A program made the translations under genes and the position numbers. A stretch of 58,536 nucleotides of DNA, filler included, from Basidiobolus ranarum (lineage: Eukaryota): NCBI GenBank assembly GCA_040143965.1. It is 2 parts of 2 records of this genome, joined end to end, with 100 filler letters (N's around TTAATTAATTAA, not from the genome) between each part and the next. Parts side by side here need not be neighbours in the genome. Positions count along the whole stretch, not along the records: positions 29,482 to 58,536 come from JASJQH010000107.1; 1 more part is not named here. One strand, 5' to 3'. Below are positions 47,896-58,536 of this stretch, in pieces; position 1 is the stretch's first letter, and each line of letters starts with the position of its first letter. Below the pieces are notes generated by a model. That model saw nothing but the letters and a program-made list of their open reading frames with translations, was not told the DNA's origin and searched no databases.

Positions 47896-48786
47896 ATGCA
47901 CCCAGTCAACATTGCAGTTATCGGCGGCTCCGGCCTTTACAACCTAGACAACCTAGAGATTGTCGAAGAAGTATACCCTAATACTCCTTGGGGTTATCCT
48001 TCGTCCAAGATTTTAATTGGAAAGATTCCCAGCGGATTAAGAATCGCTTTCTTAGCTCGTCATGGTGCTCGCCATCAGTTCAGCCCCTCCGAAGTCCCAG
48101 CTAGAGCGAATATTGCCGCATTAAAAAGTTTAGGAGTCAAACTTATTATTGCCTTTTCTGCTGTTGGGTCACTTCAAGAGGAGCTTGAACCAACTCATTT
48201 TGTACTTCCCGACCAAATTATTGATCGTACCAAAGGGATTAGACCTTCCACATACTTTGAAGGGGAAGGGATTATTGGACATGCTTCTCTAGCTGAACCA
48301 TTTTGTCCACCTGCTGCTGAAATTATTGCAAAATATAGTGAACTAGTAGAAAATTTGACCGTTCACCAGAAGAAACTTTTGATATGTATGGAAGGACCTG
48401 CTTTCTCTACCCGTGCTGAATCGAATTTATATCGCTCTTGGGGTGGTGGTGTTATCAATATGTCAGCTTTACCAGAGGCGAAATTGGCACGTGAAGCGGA
48501 GATTGCCTATCAAATGGTTTGTATGTCAACTGACTATGATTGTTGGAGAGAATCTGAAGAAGCAGTTACTGCTGATGCTGTAATGAAGACTATGGTAACT
48601 AATGCAGGCAATGCCAAAAAATTATTACTCGCTATATTAGAACCCCTTGAAAAAGCTATTGAAGAAGGAATTATCACCAAAGGTATCGCAGGTGGTATGA
48701 AATTTGGTATTATGACACCACCTGAGCTTTGTAAATCCGACAAACTTCATTATATTCTACCCGAATATTTCACCAAAAATCAATAA
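47896..48786 (+). CDS. MEU1: S-methyl-5'-thioadenosine phosphorylase (MTAP)
   Basis: IAVIGGSG, TPWGYPS, LARHG, AVGSL, MEGPAFSTRAES, PEAKLAREAE, STDYDCW. Confidence 0.96.
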   Translation: MHPVNIAVIGGSGLYNLDNLEIVEEVYPNTPWGYPSSKILIGKIPSGLRIAFLARHGARHQFSPSEVPARANIAALKSLGVKLIIAFSAVGSLQEELEPTHFVLPDQIIDRTKGIRPSTYFEGEGIIGHASLAEPFCPPAAEIIAKYSELVENLTVHQKKLLICMEGPAFSTRAESNLYRSWGGGVINMSALPEAKLAREAEIAYQMVCMSTDYDCWRESEEAVTADAVMKTMVTNAGNAKKLLLAILEPLEKAIEEGIITKGIAGGMKFGIMTPPELCKSDKLHYILPEYFTKNQ

Positions 48787-49022
48787 ACTTATTAGTGACG
48801 ATGTTTTCAATCGAGTTTAACCAAGAAGCTAGAGACCCGTAAAGAGATTTGATCTAAGAAATGAAATAAATCTGATTGAAACATTTAATTATATGGTAAT
48901 TTGAATGATCATCAGGTACATAGGTTTGACAAATCGGTCCATTGAATGAACAAAATAAGTAAACATGAATGACCAAGGAAACCAAATGACTATGATAACT
49001 TTGGATGAGAATGATTTCCCTA

Positions 49023-50766
49023 TTAAACGGGATGTTGATCGTTCTCTTCGTTTTCAATGTCTTCGGCTTCTTTAGGCATCACCAAATTCAAGATGATAGC
49101 AACGAGGGCGGCAATAGTGAATCCTGAGTTCACAATCATCTCTGCTGAGATAATGAGTCCATTCACCGTAGTATTGGATCCTTTGTAAGCGGAGAGTGCA
49201 TAGGAGAACCAGTCATCTTTGATGGTAGTGCCCATTCCAAGAGTCATAGCAGCAGAAGCGATGAATCGATCACGACGAGTCCACTTGAGATAAGAGAGAA
49301 TACGAATACCGGAGACCAACACATTTGCAAACAAGAAAGTGGTCATACCATCTAATACTGATTCAGGAATGGCCAAGAATACCGATGCTAATTTGGAGAA
49401 TACTCCCATAAATACAAGGAAGAAACAACAGGCATAACCGGTGGTGAGATTAGCACAACGTGTTAAGGCTACAATACCATTATTTTGTGCAAATATTGAC
49501 ATGGGTGGATTGGTGAAAACTCCCGCGAGAAGACTGTTAATTCCATCCGCTAATACTCCTCCTTGAATACGTGTCTCAAACACTGGTCCAGACACTTCTA
49601 CCCCAGATACATCACAGCATGCAGTAATGGTTCCAATCGACTCGACTGCAATCTACATATAGATCACAAGCATGGGAATGATAGCTGGTGTGTAGATTCC
49701 GAGTGGGAATGTCTTCACCCAGACAAAAGTCACTACAGGTGCATCATTAATCACTTGGGTGTTCACATATCCAGTAGTCCATGAGACGATCAAGCCAACT
49801 ATAAGTCCAAGTACTACTTCAGCGGAACGCATGAAATGAGAGCCAAAAATATCGAAAAGAATGATGGAGATGAAAACTAAGAAACCAAGCCCCATGTACT
49901 TGATGTCACCCCAAGGAAGAGCATTTGGAGCGCTTATATTAGGACAGAGAGCAAAGTTACCAGTCTTTGGGTGATTGATGCAAGGACCACTACCACCACC
50001 CCAATTCTTCAAACCAGAACCGACCAAGTGAGCTCCAATGAGAGTGACGGTGATTCCAGTGACGAGAGGTGGGAAGAGTTTATGAAGTACTTTTGCTGGC
50101 ACGAAAGAGATCAAGATCATCAAGACTGAGCAAGCCATGGTGGTTCCGAGGAGTGCTCCATACGCTTCTGGACATGCAAGGTATTGAGTAATCACTCCAG
50201 AACTGTTCTTCACGGTTGGACAGAAGCCAGATTCATACATGTACGCAAACGAGGACTCAGCCACAGGCATAATGGTGAACGAGGTGCCAACAACGGTGAT
50301 GAGTCCAGTTCCCATGTAGTAGCGAGTTCCTGGGATTCTCCATCGAGTCATCTGGATCATCGAGAGTAAACCGCAGGTGATGAGAGGCAGAGATGAGATA
50401 AGAGCGATATTCGGTATTGAGGTTCATATGTTGAGGTCCAGGTCCAGAAAGAATGAGTGGTGGTGTGACTACTCCAGCCAACATAGCAAGACAATGTTGG
50501 AAGCCCATAATAATGGCTACAGCCAATGGTAACCGATCCTTAATTCCAATGAACTTTGCTGGAGCTTGCTTGAGTAGCCCGGGCAAGTTAGGGAGACAAA
50601 GAAAGCCAAAGTCATATTCGCCTATCCAGCCCTGTCTAGTGCAGAGATTTCGCATATACCACTTCAGGTTACTTTCTTCATCGCCGGGGTAAACAGTTGG
50701 TTCAGTAGAGATATAGTCATTGCTGTCGATGCCAGAAACTACTCCTTCTTTTTTCTCAATTGGCAT
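49023..50766 (-). pseudogene. Uric acid-xanthine permease (NCS2/NAT, UapA-like), disrupted
   Basis: GFQHCLAM and the NAT signature FAQNNGIVALTR; frameshift near 50382 (ISAS/ITCGLLS) and in-frame TAG at 49653-49655; no splice sites that would remove the lesions. Confidence 0.85.
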
Positions 50767-51410
50767 TCTCCAGTTGTTTGTTGAATGATGTTAATGCACC
50801 GTTGCGAGGCATTCTTATATATGTGCTTTAGTGCCAGTATAGCCTGCTAATAAGTTTATTTACCAGGCATTGACCTTGCTGACGATAGTTTCTCCACAAA
50901 GCTTTAAATATTAAATTCTGTCACATTGGAGTATGATGTGGCGAAATACAGAATTATTGGACTGGTTTACTACACCACCATACCCCCTTCATTCAGAACC
51001 AGTTTACACTAAACTTGAGATAAGTGAAGCTTTGAACAACGATGAAATCAATACACTATGTAAAGATAATCGAATCACAGTTTCGCTAGGTTAACATATA
51101 CAACAAATCAAATAATGTGTATGGGATAGAATCAAGAGTACTAATATGTTTATGATATACACATCTATCTCAAGGTGAACAATACATATCAAATCAAACA
51201 TCTTAGAAACACGTACAAACAGTGCAAAGACAAAATGGATTCGAAAGCACGGAAAATCCAACCGAGATATAAAGGTTCAAAAATGAAAAAAGGAATTAAA
51301 ACTTGGGCGATGCATGCCAATAATAATAATAACAAAAGGTACAGGAAGTGAAATAATGGAAAATGGCGACGGTGAATGGAGGAGCAGGGGCGTTGATGAA
51401 TCTACTGCAT

Positions 51411-53677
51411 CTACATGCTTTCTTCTAAAGATTTCCGGAATTCAGGATAAAGTTTAGGGTGTTCATTTTCAATAAATACTACCATCTCCTCGATACCCAA
51501 TGGGTACCTGTCCTTAAGTTCTGTATACAAGGTTCTCCACGTCTTCAAAGTAGGCTGGATGTTGAGTGCTTTCATATCGTGTGTAAAAGCTCGGGTGGCT
51601 TCGGAATAATTTCCGCAACGACATAATGCTTCCAAGTAGGAATTGAAGTTGTTTTCAGTGATAGGATGATTAGTGACTTCTAGTTGACTCCAAAGATCTC
51701 TGAGACGATTGTAGTCCTGGTGGTATCCGCAGGAATCTAAGAGAGCTGAAAGTGGAGCGGCGAGTTTCTCTTTATCGGAGAATTGTCTCTTTGCTTGGTC
51801 CCAAATGTTGAATACTTTCTCAAGATCTCCGGTGAGGTTATAACAATTCATCAAGATTCCGTATGTAGTTGGGTTGCCGCGAATTCCGCGAAATTGAGTT
51901 TCCTCATAAATTTCTAAAGCGCGAGGGATATCTCCATTCTTGGAGTAACCATTGATCAAGGTATTGTAAGTATTGATATTGGGGAAAATCCGTGCGAACT
52001 TCATTTCTTGGAGGACTTCGTGGCATTTTTCAAGAGAATGGCATTCGAAATAGGCGTTCAGCATCGTGTTAAATGTGATCACATCGGGGGACACCTTACG
52101 TTGACACATATTATGGTATATTTCCCTCATTCCCTCCAAGTTGAGGTTCTTGGCATAAGCATTGATGAGGGTGTTGTAGGATACGATATCACAAAGATGC
52201 CTAGCTTGCATCTCATTGAAGAGTTTAACTGCGTGATCAAGCTTGGAGTTCTTTACATGGCCATTGATGAGGGTGTTGTAGGTAATAGTATCAGGGCGGA
52301 TGTTGAATCGCGCAAAGTTTTCCAAGAACTTGGTAGCCTCCTCAAGTCGAGAGTTTCTCACATACGCATTGACAATAGTATTTAGTGTGATTACATCCGG
52401 CTGAGTGCTTCCGGAGGCCATTTCATTGAACAGACCCATTGCTTCGTCGAAATTTCCTTGCTTCAAATGAAGATTAATCAAAGTGTTGTATGTGACAATG
52501 TTACGAGGGAGTTGACGCGTCTGCATCTCATGATGAAGAGCCATGGCTTGCTCGATATTGTAGTTTTTGGCGTGTCCGTTGATGAGGGTGTTGTATATCA
52601 AAGTATCTGGAATGATATTTCGACGTAACATCTCTTCGTAAATCTTCATGGCGCTGTCAATGTCTTGATTCTTAGCATAGGCATCAATCAAAATACTAAA
52701 TGTGACTACGTTGGGTTGAACATTTCGGTTTAGCATGGTCTCGAACATCTTATCTACTCCTTCCATGGAGCTCTTTTTAGCAAAAGCGTTCAAAAGTGTA
52801 TTGTATGTGACTGTATCTGGAGTGACATTATTGGCAATCATTTCGTCGTAGGTGAGGATGGCTTGATCTAATCGGTTGTATTTGGAGTAGATATCAATGA
52901 GGATGTTATATGCCGAACTATCAGGACGTACATTGGAGTTCCGTAATGCCTTGTGTACTCTCGTGGCATAATCAAGCTTGCGTTGGCGTTTACAAATGTT
53001 AAGAAGGATGTTGAAAGTGACATTGGTAGGTCCGATATTCTGCTGTAACATAGTGTCATAGACGGAGAAGGCTTGTTCCGGATTGATCTTGCCCGTGGCG
53101 TTGATCAAGTCATTATATATAACTGCATCGGGTTGAACTCCTCTATCGATCATCTCTAAAATTAGCGACTTGGCTTCACCAACTTGGCCGCGTTTGGCAT
53201 AATGCGAAACCAAAGGGGAGTAATCTCGAGCGTTTTTAAACATTTTTTTGGCGTCCAATTGATCTATACAAAAAACAACATGGGCACAACGGCGCTGGAT
53301 TTCACCCGATTTCCCTTTGAAACCGTTCAATAACTGGAGTAGACGAGACAATTGGTTGGCAGTTAGTTTACTTTCAAGTTGGTTATCCATCATAAATTTG
53401 AAAGCGTTCCAAGCAGCATCAGCGTTTCTCTGTACAAGGGCATTTTGAAAACTAGCAACCACTGAACCCAGATTAGAACTTTCAACCGTATTATGAGGAG
53501 GTTCATTTCGAGTTAAAATAAGTGGTGATTGAGTAGCGATATTCTTTTGATCGGAACGTTTCTTTAAAAGAAGTGAGGGAATAGACCTCTCTGGAAATAG
53601 TGTGAAACGTTTGAACATTCTCAACTGTAAAATAAGGGATTTCCGAACTGTTGTATTCCAAAGGAGCAAGTCACCAT
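51411..53677 (-). CDS. Pentatricopeptide repeat (P-type PPR) protein, probably mitochondrial
   Basis: About 16 tandem 34-36-aa repeats (xxTYNTLINxxxK...M....PD); start at ATG 53618, or at ATG 53677 plus intron 53625-53674, giving the basic presequence MLRMFKRF. Confidence 0.93.
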
Positions 53678-54425
53678 GTAGCTACTATGAACCAAGGAAA
53701 TAATTCACTTCATTGGATCTCATGATTAATTTCACCCCCATCAAATCTCGTTTGCCCCGAGCGAAAGTTTATCCTACTTTGTAATCTCTATATTCATATT
53801 GCCCCATTTAATTTAAAAAATTGCCACATATACATAGAAATCATTAAAATTAGACTCTCTTGGATTACCGCAATTCCAAGTTACAAAGCACCACGTACTT
53901 TGGTGATACAAGCTTTGCTTCCTCACTAGGTTTCGTTTCGCGACTTGGCTATTTCCCATCCTGATATGTAAGATCGGCTTTACAAAACCTGATAGTGTGA
54001 CATAGCAATTGATCAATGGATAACCAAGATTCTATGGGATAGTGACAACAAGAATCGACAAAACATAAAATAGCGCTATGAAATTTACCCAAAAACCGTG
54101 TGAAAGCCCTACATTGCAAGTGGATGGAAATCCTATTCATCTTTAGCGTTATTCATGGTTAGGAGATACGCAGGTGTGGAGCTGTATCCGAGTAGGTATC
54201 CGATTTTTCTTGTGGTAACTTTATTTCATCGAATGCATTGATTATATTATAAGGTGCAGAGATTGAGGAACTACAAAAGGTTTATATGAATATAATTGAT
54301 ATACGATAATAAACAATGACTTGGGACGTATACTGTTGGAAGATAGGATGGTGTGAAGATTTGTAGAGATATAAACGAAACCCTCGTAAAGCTGATCGGG
54401 ATTAATCCAGCAAAAATCCCCTTTT

Positions 54426-57400
54426 CTAAAGGTGTGTGGTGACCGTCATGGATTTGGCATGGATCAGGAAAGTGGGTGGAAGATCCTTGACCAAAAGCTT
54501 TAGATCACCCATATAATATTCACACTTCTCTTGGTCTTCGCAGGTGCCGGCGTCTGGTGCTGGTAACGAGGTGAAGAGAATCGAGGTGTCCTTGGAACGT
54601 AGGCGCATCAATTCATTCAGAATAATATTTTGAGCATGCGGGGGAAGATCGTTGAATTCGGTGGAGGAGTAATTGCTAGTGGCAACTGATCCAGTGGTTG
54701 AGGGTGGGACACTGTGAGTCTGCTCCTCCTCAATATCTTCTATGTCGGATAAATCCGAATCCTCACTCAAGTGATCGTCACCACGTTCTGGGATGGGTAC
54801 ATTAATCTTCATCCCTACAACGCCTGATTGCGAATAACTTAATGAAGATTGGCTAAAGTTCTTCCCGGATGAGCGCAAGTATTGAGAAGAACTACTTTCA
54901 ATTGGCATACCACCCGATTCTTCGTCTATAGTGCCGTTTTGTTGTGACGACTGCTCCAAATGGTCGTTCTTATTGGAGATATGCTTCCCTTTAACAATGG
55001 CTGAGTATGATGTGAGTTCTTCGCAATCTAACCAGAATACATGAAGTTCTGCTTCTACTCTCAAATTCTCTAGTAATGTCTCAACTCTTCTTCTCTCTTC
55101 TTCAACATCACGCTGGTGTTCTACAAAGCACATCACACGAAGGATGAAGCTTTGTTTCCAGTACGGGACCATATGCAAGATACATCCCATTTGAAGTACC
55201 ATAGTATATGTATCAAAGTTGGTCAAGTATCCATTTTCGTTATACGCACTTGGAATGGACAATTGAATTGGCCACATATCTATGTATTTCTTGCGAGATT
55301 TGTGGTCTGTATGTGTGGAGAAGAGGTTACTATTATCATCTAGAGGAGGCAAGTCTCTAAGATTGGAGAATCCGTGTGCAATTGCCACCGCTTTGTTCAA
55401 AGCTAAGGTATCCTCAATGATAGAGACATAGTCAGTAATAGATATCGGGGTTTCTTTTCTGTTTCTATCGGTAGGGAGAGAGCCAACGATTGGAATTGAA
55501 ACATGCTTCTTTTTAGTATTTTGACTAATTTCTTGACTTGAGGAGTTAAAGAACCCGAGAACCACAATGTTAGGGCGCATTCCACCAAGACCAGAGCCCT
55601 AAGAAAAGATTCAACGGTTATTGATTCGAAGAAGGGGAATGGTTTACGGATATGGATACTTACTACAATAAGATTCCGGGCTCCAAATCTTTCTGAATCA
55701 GAGATGGTAAGTTGAACAAAAGCCTTGATCTGTGTTATATCCACGAATTTCAGCCAAACATTTTGTTGTTTTCTGAATTCGTTCAAGTTGGTGCGAAAGT
55801 CCCCTTTCAGAATATGACCCAAAATGTACAAAGACCCTTTCTTGAGAGAGTTGCAGAATTGAATCAAATGGTAGTTGCTTCTTGGGTTATTGACCAAAAG
55901 AAGAATCTAAAGTAGTAGACTAGTTTAGCCTTTCTCAAGGTGTAAATGTATTGTATTTCATGTGCTACCTGAGGACGCCAGAATTTCACATGCTCCTTGC
56001 GAGTGTCGAGTCTCAATAGGTACTTACGAACTTGGTGATAGATCAGACTCTGTGTGACATCTCCCCAAGACTTTGGCAGGGTAGTGTAATGAATTACTCC
56101 AAACATAATACTCATGAATGCAGTTGAAAGAGTGGCCAGCAACGGATCAATAATGAAAATAGTAGTAAAGCACAAGGAAACTCCAATAAGCCCAGTGTAC
56201 CACTTGAAATGGTGGAAAGAGGGCCTGAAGTTGGGTGCAGAGCCAATCTTGAGCAAAAAGCAAGCCAGGTTGGTGATTCCAAAGGTAAGAATGGTTAGGA
56301 TAGTGAAGTACGGAGCCACGATTCCGATACTCCCAGTAAACAATAGTAGTTGGATCAAAATGTAGGAAAAGATGATGGCGTAGGTAGGATCATCAGATCT
56401 GTCAGTGCCTTGATCGAATAAACTCAATATCGGGATGAGATGATCTCTAGATAAAACAATTATTTAAGTCCTAATTGAGCAGCAATAAGGTTGCAGAGGA
56501 CTTACCTTGCAATGGCTTGAAGAATCTTCGCAGATGATATCAAAGCACTGAGCGTAGCAAAAGTAGCCGTTGCAAATGCGCCAGCAACAACCATAATGGG
56601 AAGGACGGAGATATCCTGAAGAATACTCAATCGCTTGACGAGAGTCTCTTTGGTAGTAGAAGCAGCCAACATGATGTTGATTATCATGTAGAGCATAAAC
56701 GTAACAACTACTGCAGCTAGAGTTCCTTTGGGTATTGACTTACTAGGCTTGCGAAGATTGCCAGACATCGATGTTCCTAGAATTCCTTCTGATTAATATG
56801 GTTCTGAGGTGATGATTAATGAGAGTCGAATTACCGGCCATAATTCCAACAAAGCATGGAAACACCAAAGCAAATATGCTTTGGTAATTTTCAACCTTGT
56901 CTGGATTTTCTGCCGAAGGTAAGTAACCAGGCCACAGATTCTCTTTTAAAGTTTCCATGCTTAGACCAGTATATTCAATGTCGTTGTCAATGTCAGTAAA
57001 AGGGGATCGAATGAAGAAAGAGAGAAAAATGATCAACGTCGACACGAGAATTATGAATGAAAGGAATATCGAAGTTCTGGCGAATAACTAGAGTGTGGTA
57101 TTAACATGTTGTAGGTAAGATTAGTACGTATATGTTGATGAGGGGTTGCTAGGTGCTTACCTTGGATCCAATGAGGCAAACACCAGTACAGCACAAAAGT
57201 AAGACCGAACTATAGAAAAAGTTACACCACTAAAAAGAAAATACGCAGAAATTAATGAATCCATCGAATAAGGCTTATTATGCAAATGCAATAGCTTACT
57301 TTTCCCTCTGGCAAAACGTTTAACATGGCGCCTTGTTGCTCTCCGAAAGTTGATATCAAGGGTTGAACAAAAGCTAGCAAGTTGATAACTCCACCAAGGA

Positions 57401-57981
57401 TAGTTCCGACCCAAAACACCAGTCCAATACTACCACCAAACTCCGGTCCCAGAGATCGTGATATTAAATAATAAGGACCTCCTCCTAAAGGATATTAATT
57501 CTATTTAATAAACAAATCAAGAATCTGAGGATGAAGACAAAAATATCGTACCACGAACTGTTCCGTTTGCTGAGATGGCTGAAATAGAAAGAGTGGTGAA
57601 GTATGCAATAAGGTAGCCAACAATAAACATAACAAATGTTTCGACTAGACCAGCCTGTCCGATGATGTAACCTTGGCGAACAAATAGCATTATACCCCAG
57701 ATGGACAGACATACAGGAACAAATACACCTTCAAAAGTTCCTAATTTTTCGCGGTCTGGATTTATTCCAAACAAAGAGAGTAGTGTGTTTTGTCTTCTCT
57801 TTCTACGATATTTCAAGTCTTTTCTCCGACCTGGAGGTAAATCATCGGCTACCGAAGTAGAGAATTCTTCAGGAGGTGAATCGGGTAAAGGACTAAACTG
57901 TACAGTTGGTTTGTTTCCCGACTCTAACCGACGTTGTAATACGTCTATCTGATTTCCAACTCTGCTAAGAAACTTTGACAT
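54426..57981 (-). CDS. Cation-chloride cotransporter (SLC12; Vhc1-like)
   Basis: [100 protein letters not shown]; multi-exon. Confidence 0.95.
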
Positions 57982-58536
57982 GATAAATATATATATCAAA
58001 GTTATCGATGAGCAAGTTCTTTATAGATAAACTATTTCTTTGTGATAAGTAGCTTTCGAATTCAAGTGTGTAAGAGATTACAAAAAATGATAGTAACTGA
58101 GGAGAAGGGAGAAACCGCAGGAGTGACTACCAAGTGCAAACAGTTTCCAATTTTCCCCATTAAAACACTGGTCAATAAATAAATTAGTCTAACCATGAAT
58201 GTGTCATGTTGCAATGCATTAATTTTGAATTCAATAGCCAAATATAAATGGCACATGGTTTCCATATATGGACTTCAATTTTTTCCATTCTATACACCTT
58301 CATTGCTTTAGAGTGTTGTCGAGAACCACCGATGTACCAGACAAGTAAGTTTCTTATGTTTGTCACGCAATATATCTACTTAGTAAACGATATGATGTTT
58401 ATTGGGATGGAATAAATAATCCTTGCAAAGAAACATTGCTGGATATAATCCGAAGAAATACAAGGCAAACGGATGCTAACAAAATACATTTAGAAGGCTT
58501 AAAAGCTGATAAAAACCGGCTTCAATCCTTTATAAG

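Noticed and set aside
12801-48786. SPE2 plus MEU1 plus methyltransferase as a SAM/polyamine gene cluster
   Set aside because: SPE2 and MEU1 are on opposite sides of the synthetic linker and are separated by many unrelated genes
49653-49655. Programmed readthrough or recoding of the permease TAG
   Set aside because: An independent frameshift and a motif substitution in the same gene point to pseudogenisation

Overview
Gene-dense, AT-rich eukaryotic DNA with short GT-AG introns, from an early-diverging fungus. The gene repertoire (DDX21/GUCT helicase, regular P-type PPR protein, PL14 lyases, proteinase K-type subtilisin) would fit a zoopagomycete such as Basidiobolus, but that is inference. 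The window is two pieces joined by an artificial 100-nt spacer (44 N + TTAATTAATTAA + 44 N, 29382-29481), so adjacency across it is not evidence of linkage. Left piece: GFA/CENP-V protein, two small ORFs, eIF2-alpha, DDX21-like helicase, a divergent pair of PL14 lyases, SAM decarboxylase with a long uORF-containing leader, thioredoxin reductase, Hst3/4-type sirtuin, mitochondrial mS33, GST, a hypothetical protein, a secreted Cys-containing protein, and a CpG-depleted Ty3/gypsy relic. Right piece: serine dehydratase, histidine acid phosphatase, WrbA-like quinone reductase, subtilisin, a hypothetical protein, three copies of an unrecognised 191-nt structured element, a PMT mannosyltransferase, carnosine N-methyltransferase, RPS14, MTAP, a disrupted UapA-like permease, a PPR protein and a cation-chloride cotransporter. 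The most interesting signal is the 191-nt triplicate (39261-40605). Its substitutions largely preserve plus-strand hairpins, it ends at an ACA, and every copy has TCCCA(C/T)AA at -44/-43 and AATAAAA at -12 in otherwise unrelated flanks. This suggests a small family of independently transcribed ncRNA genes with an snRNA-type (PSE/USE-like) promoter.
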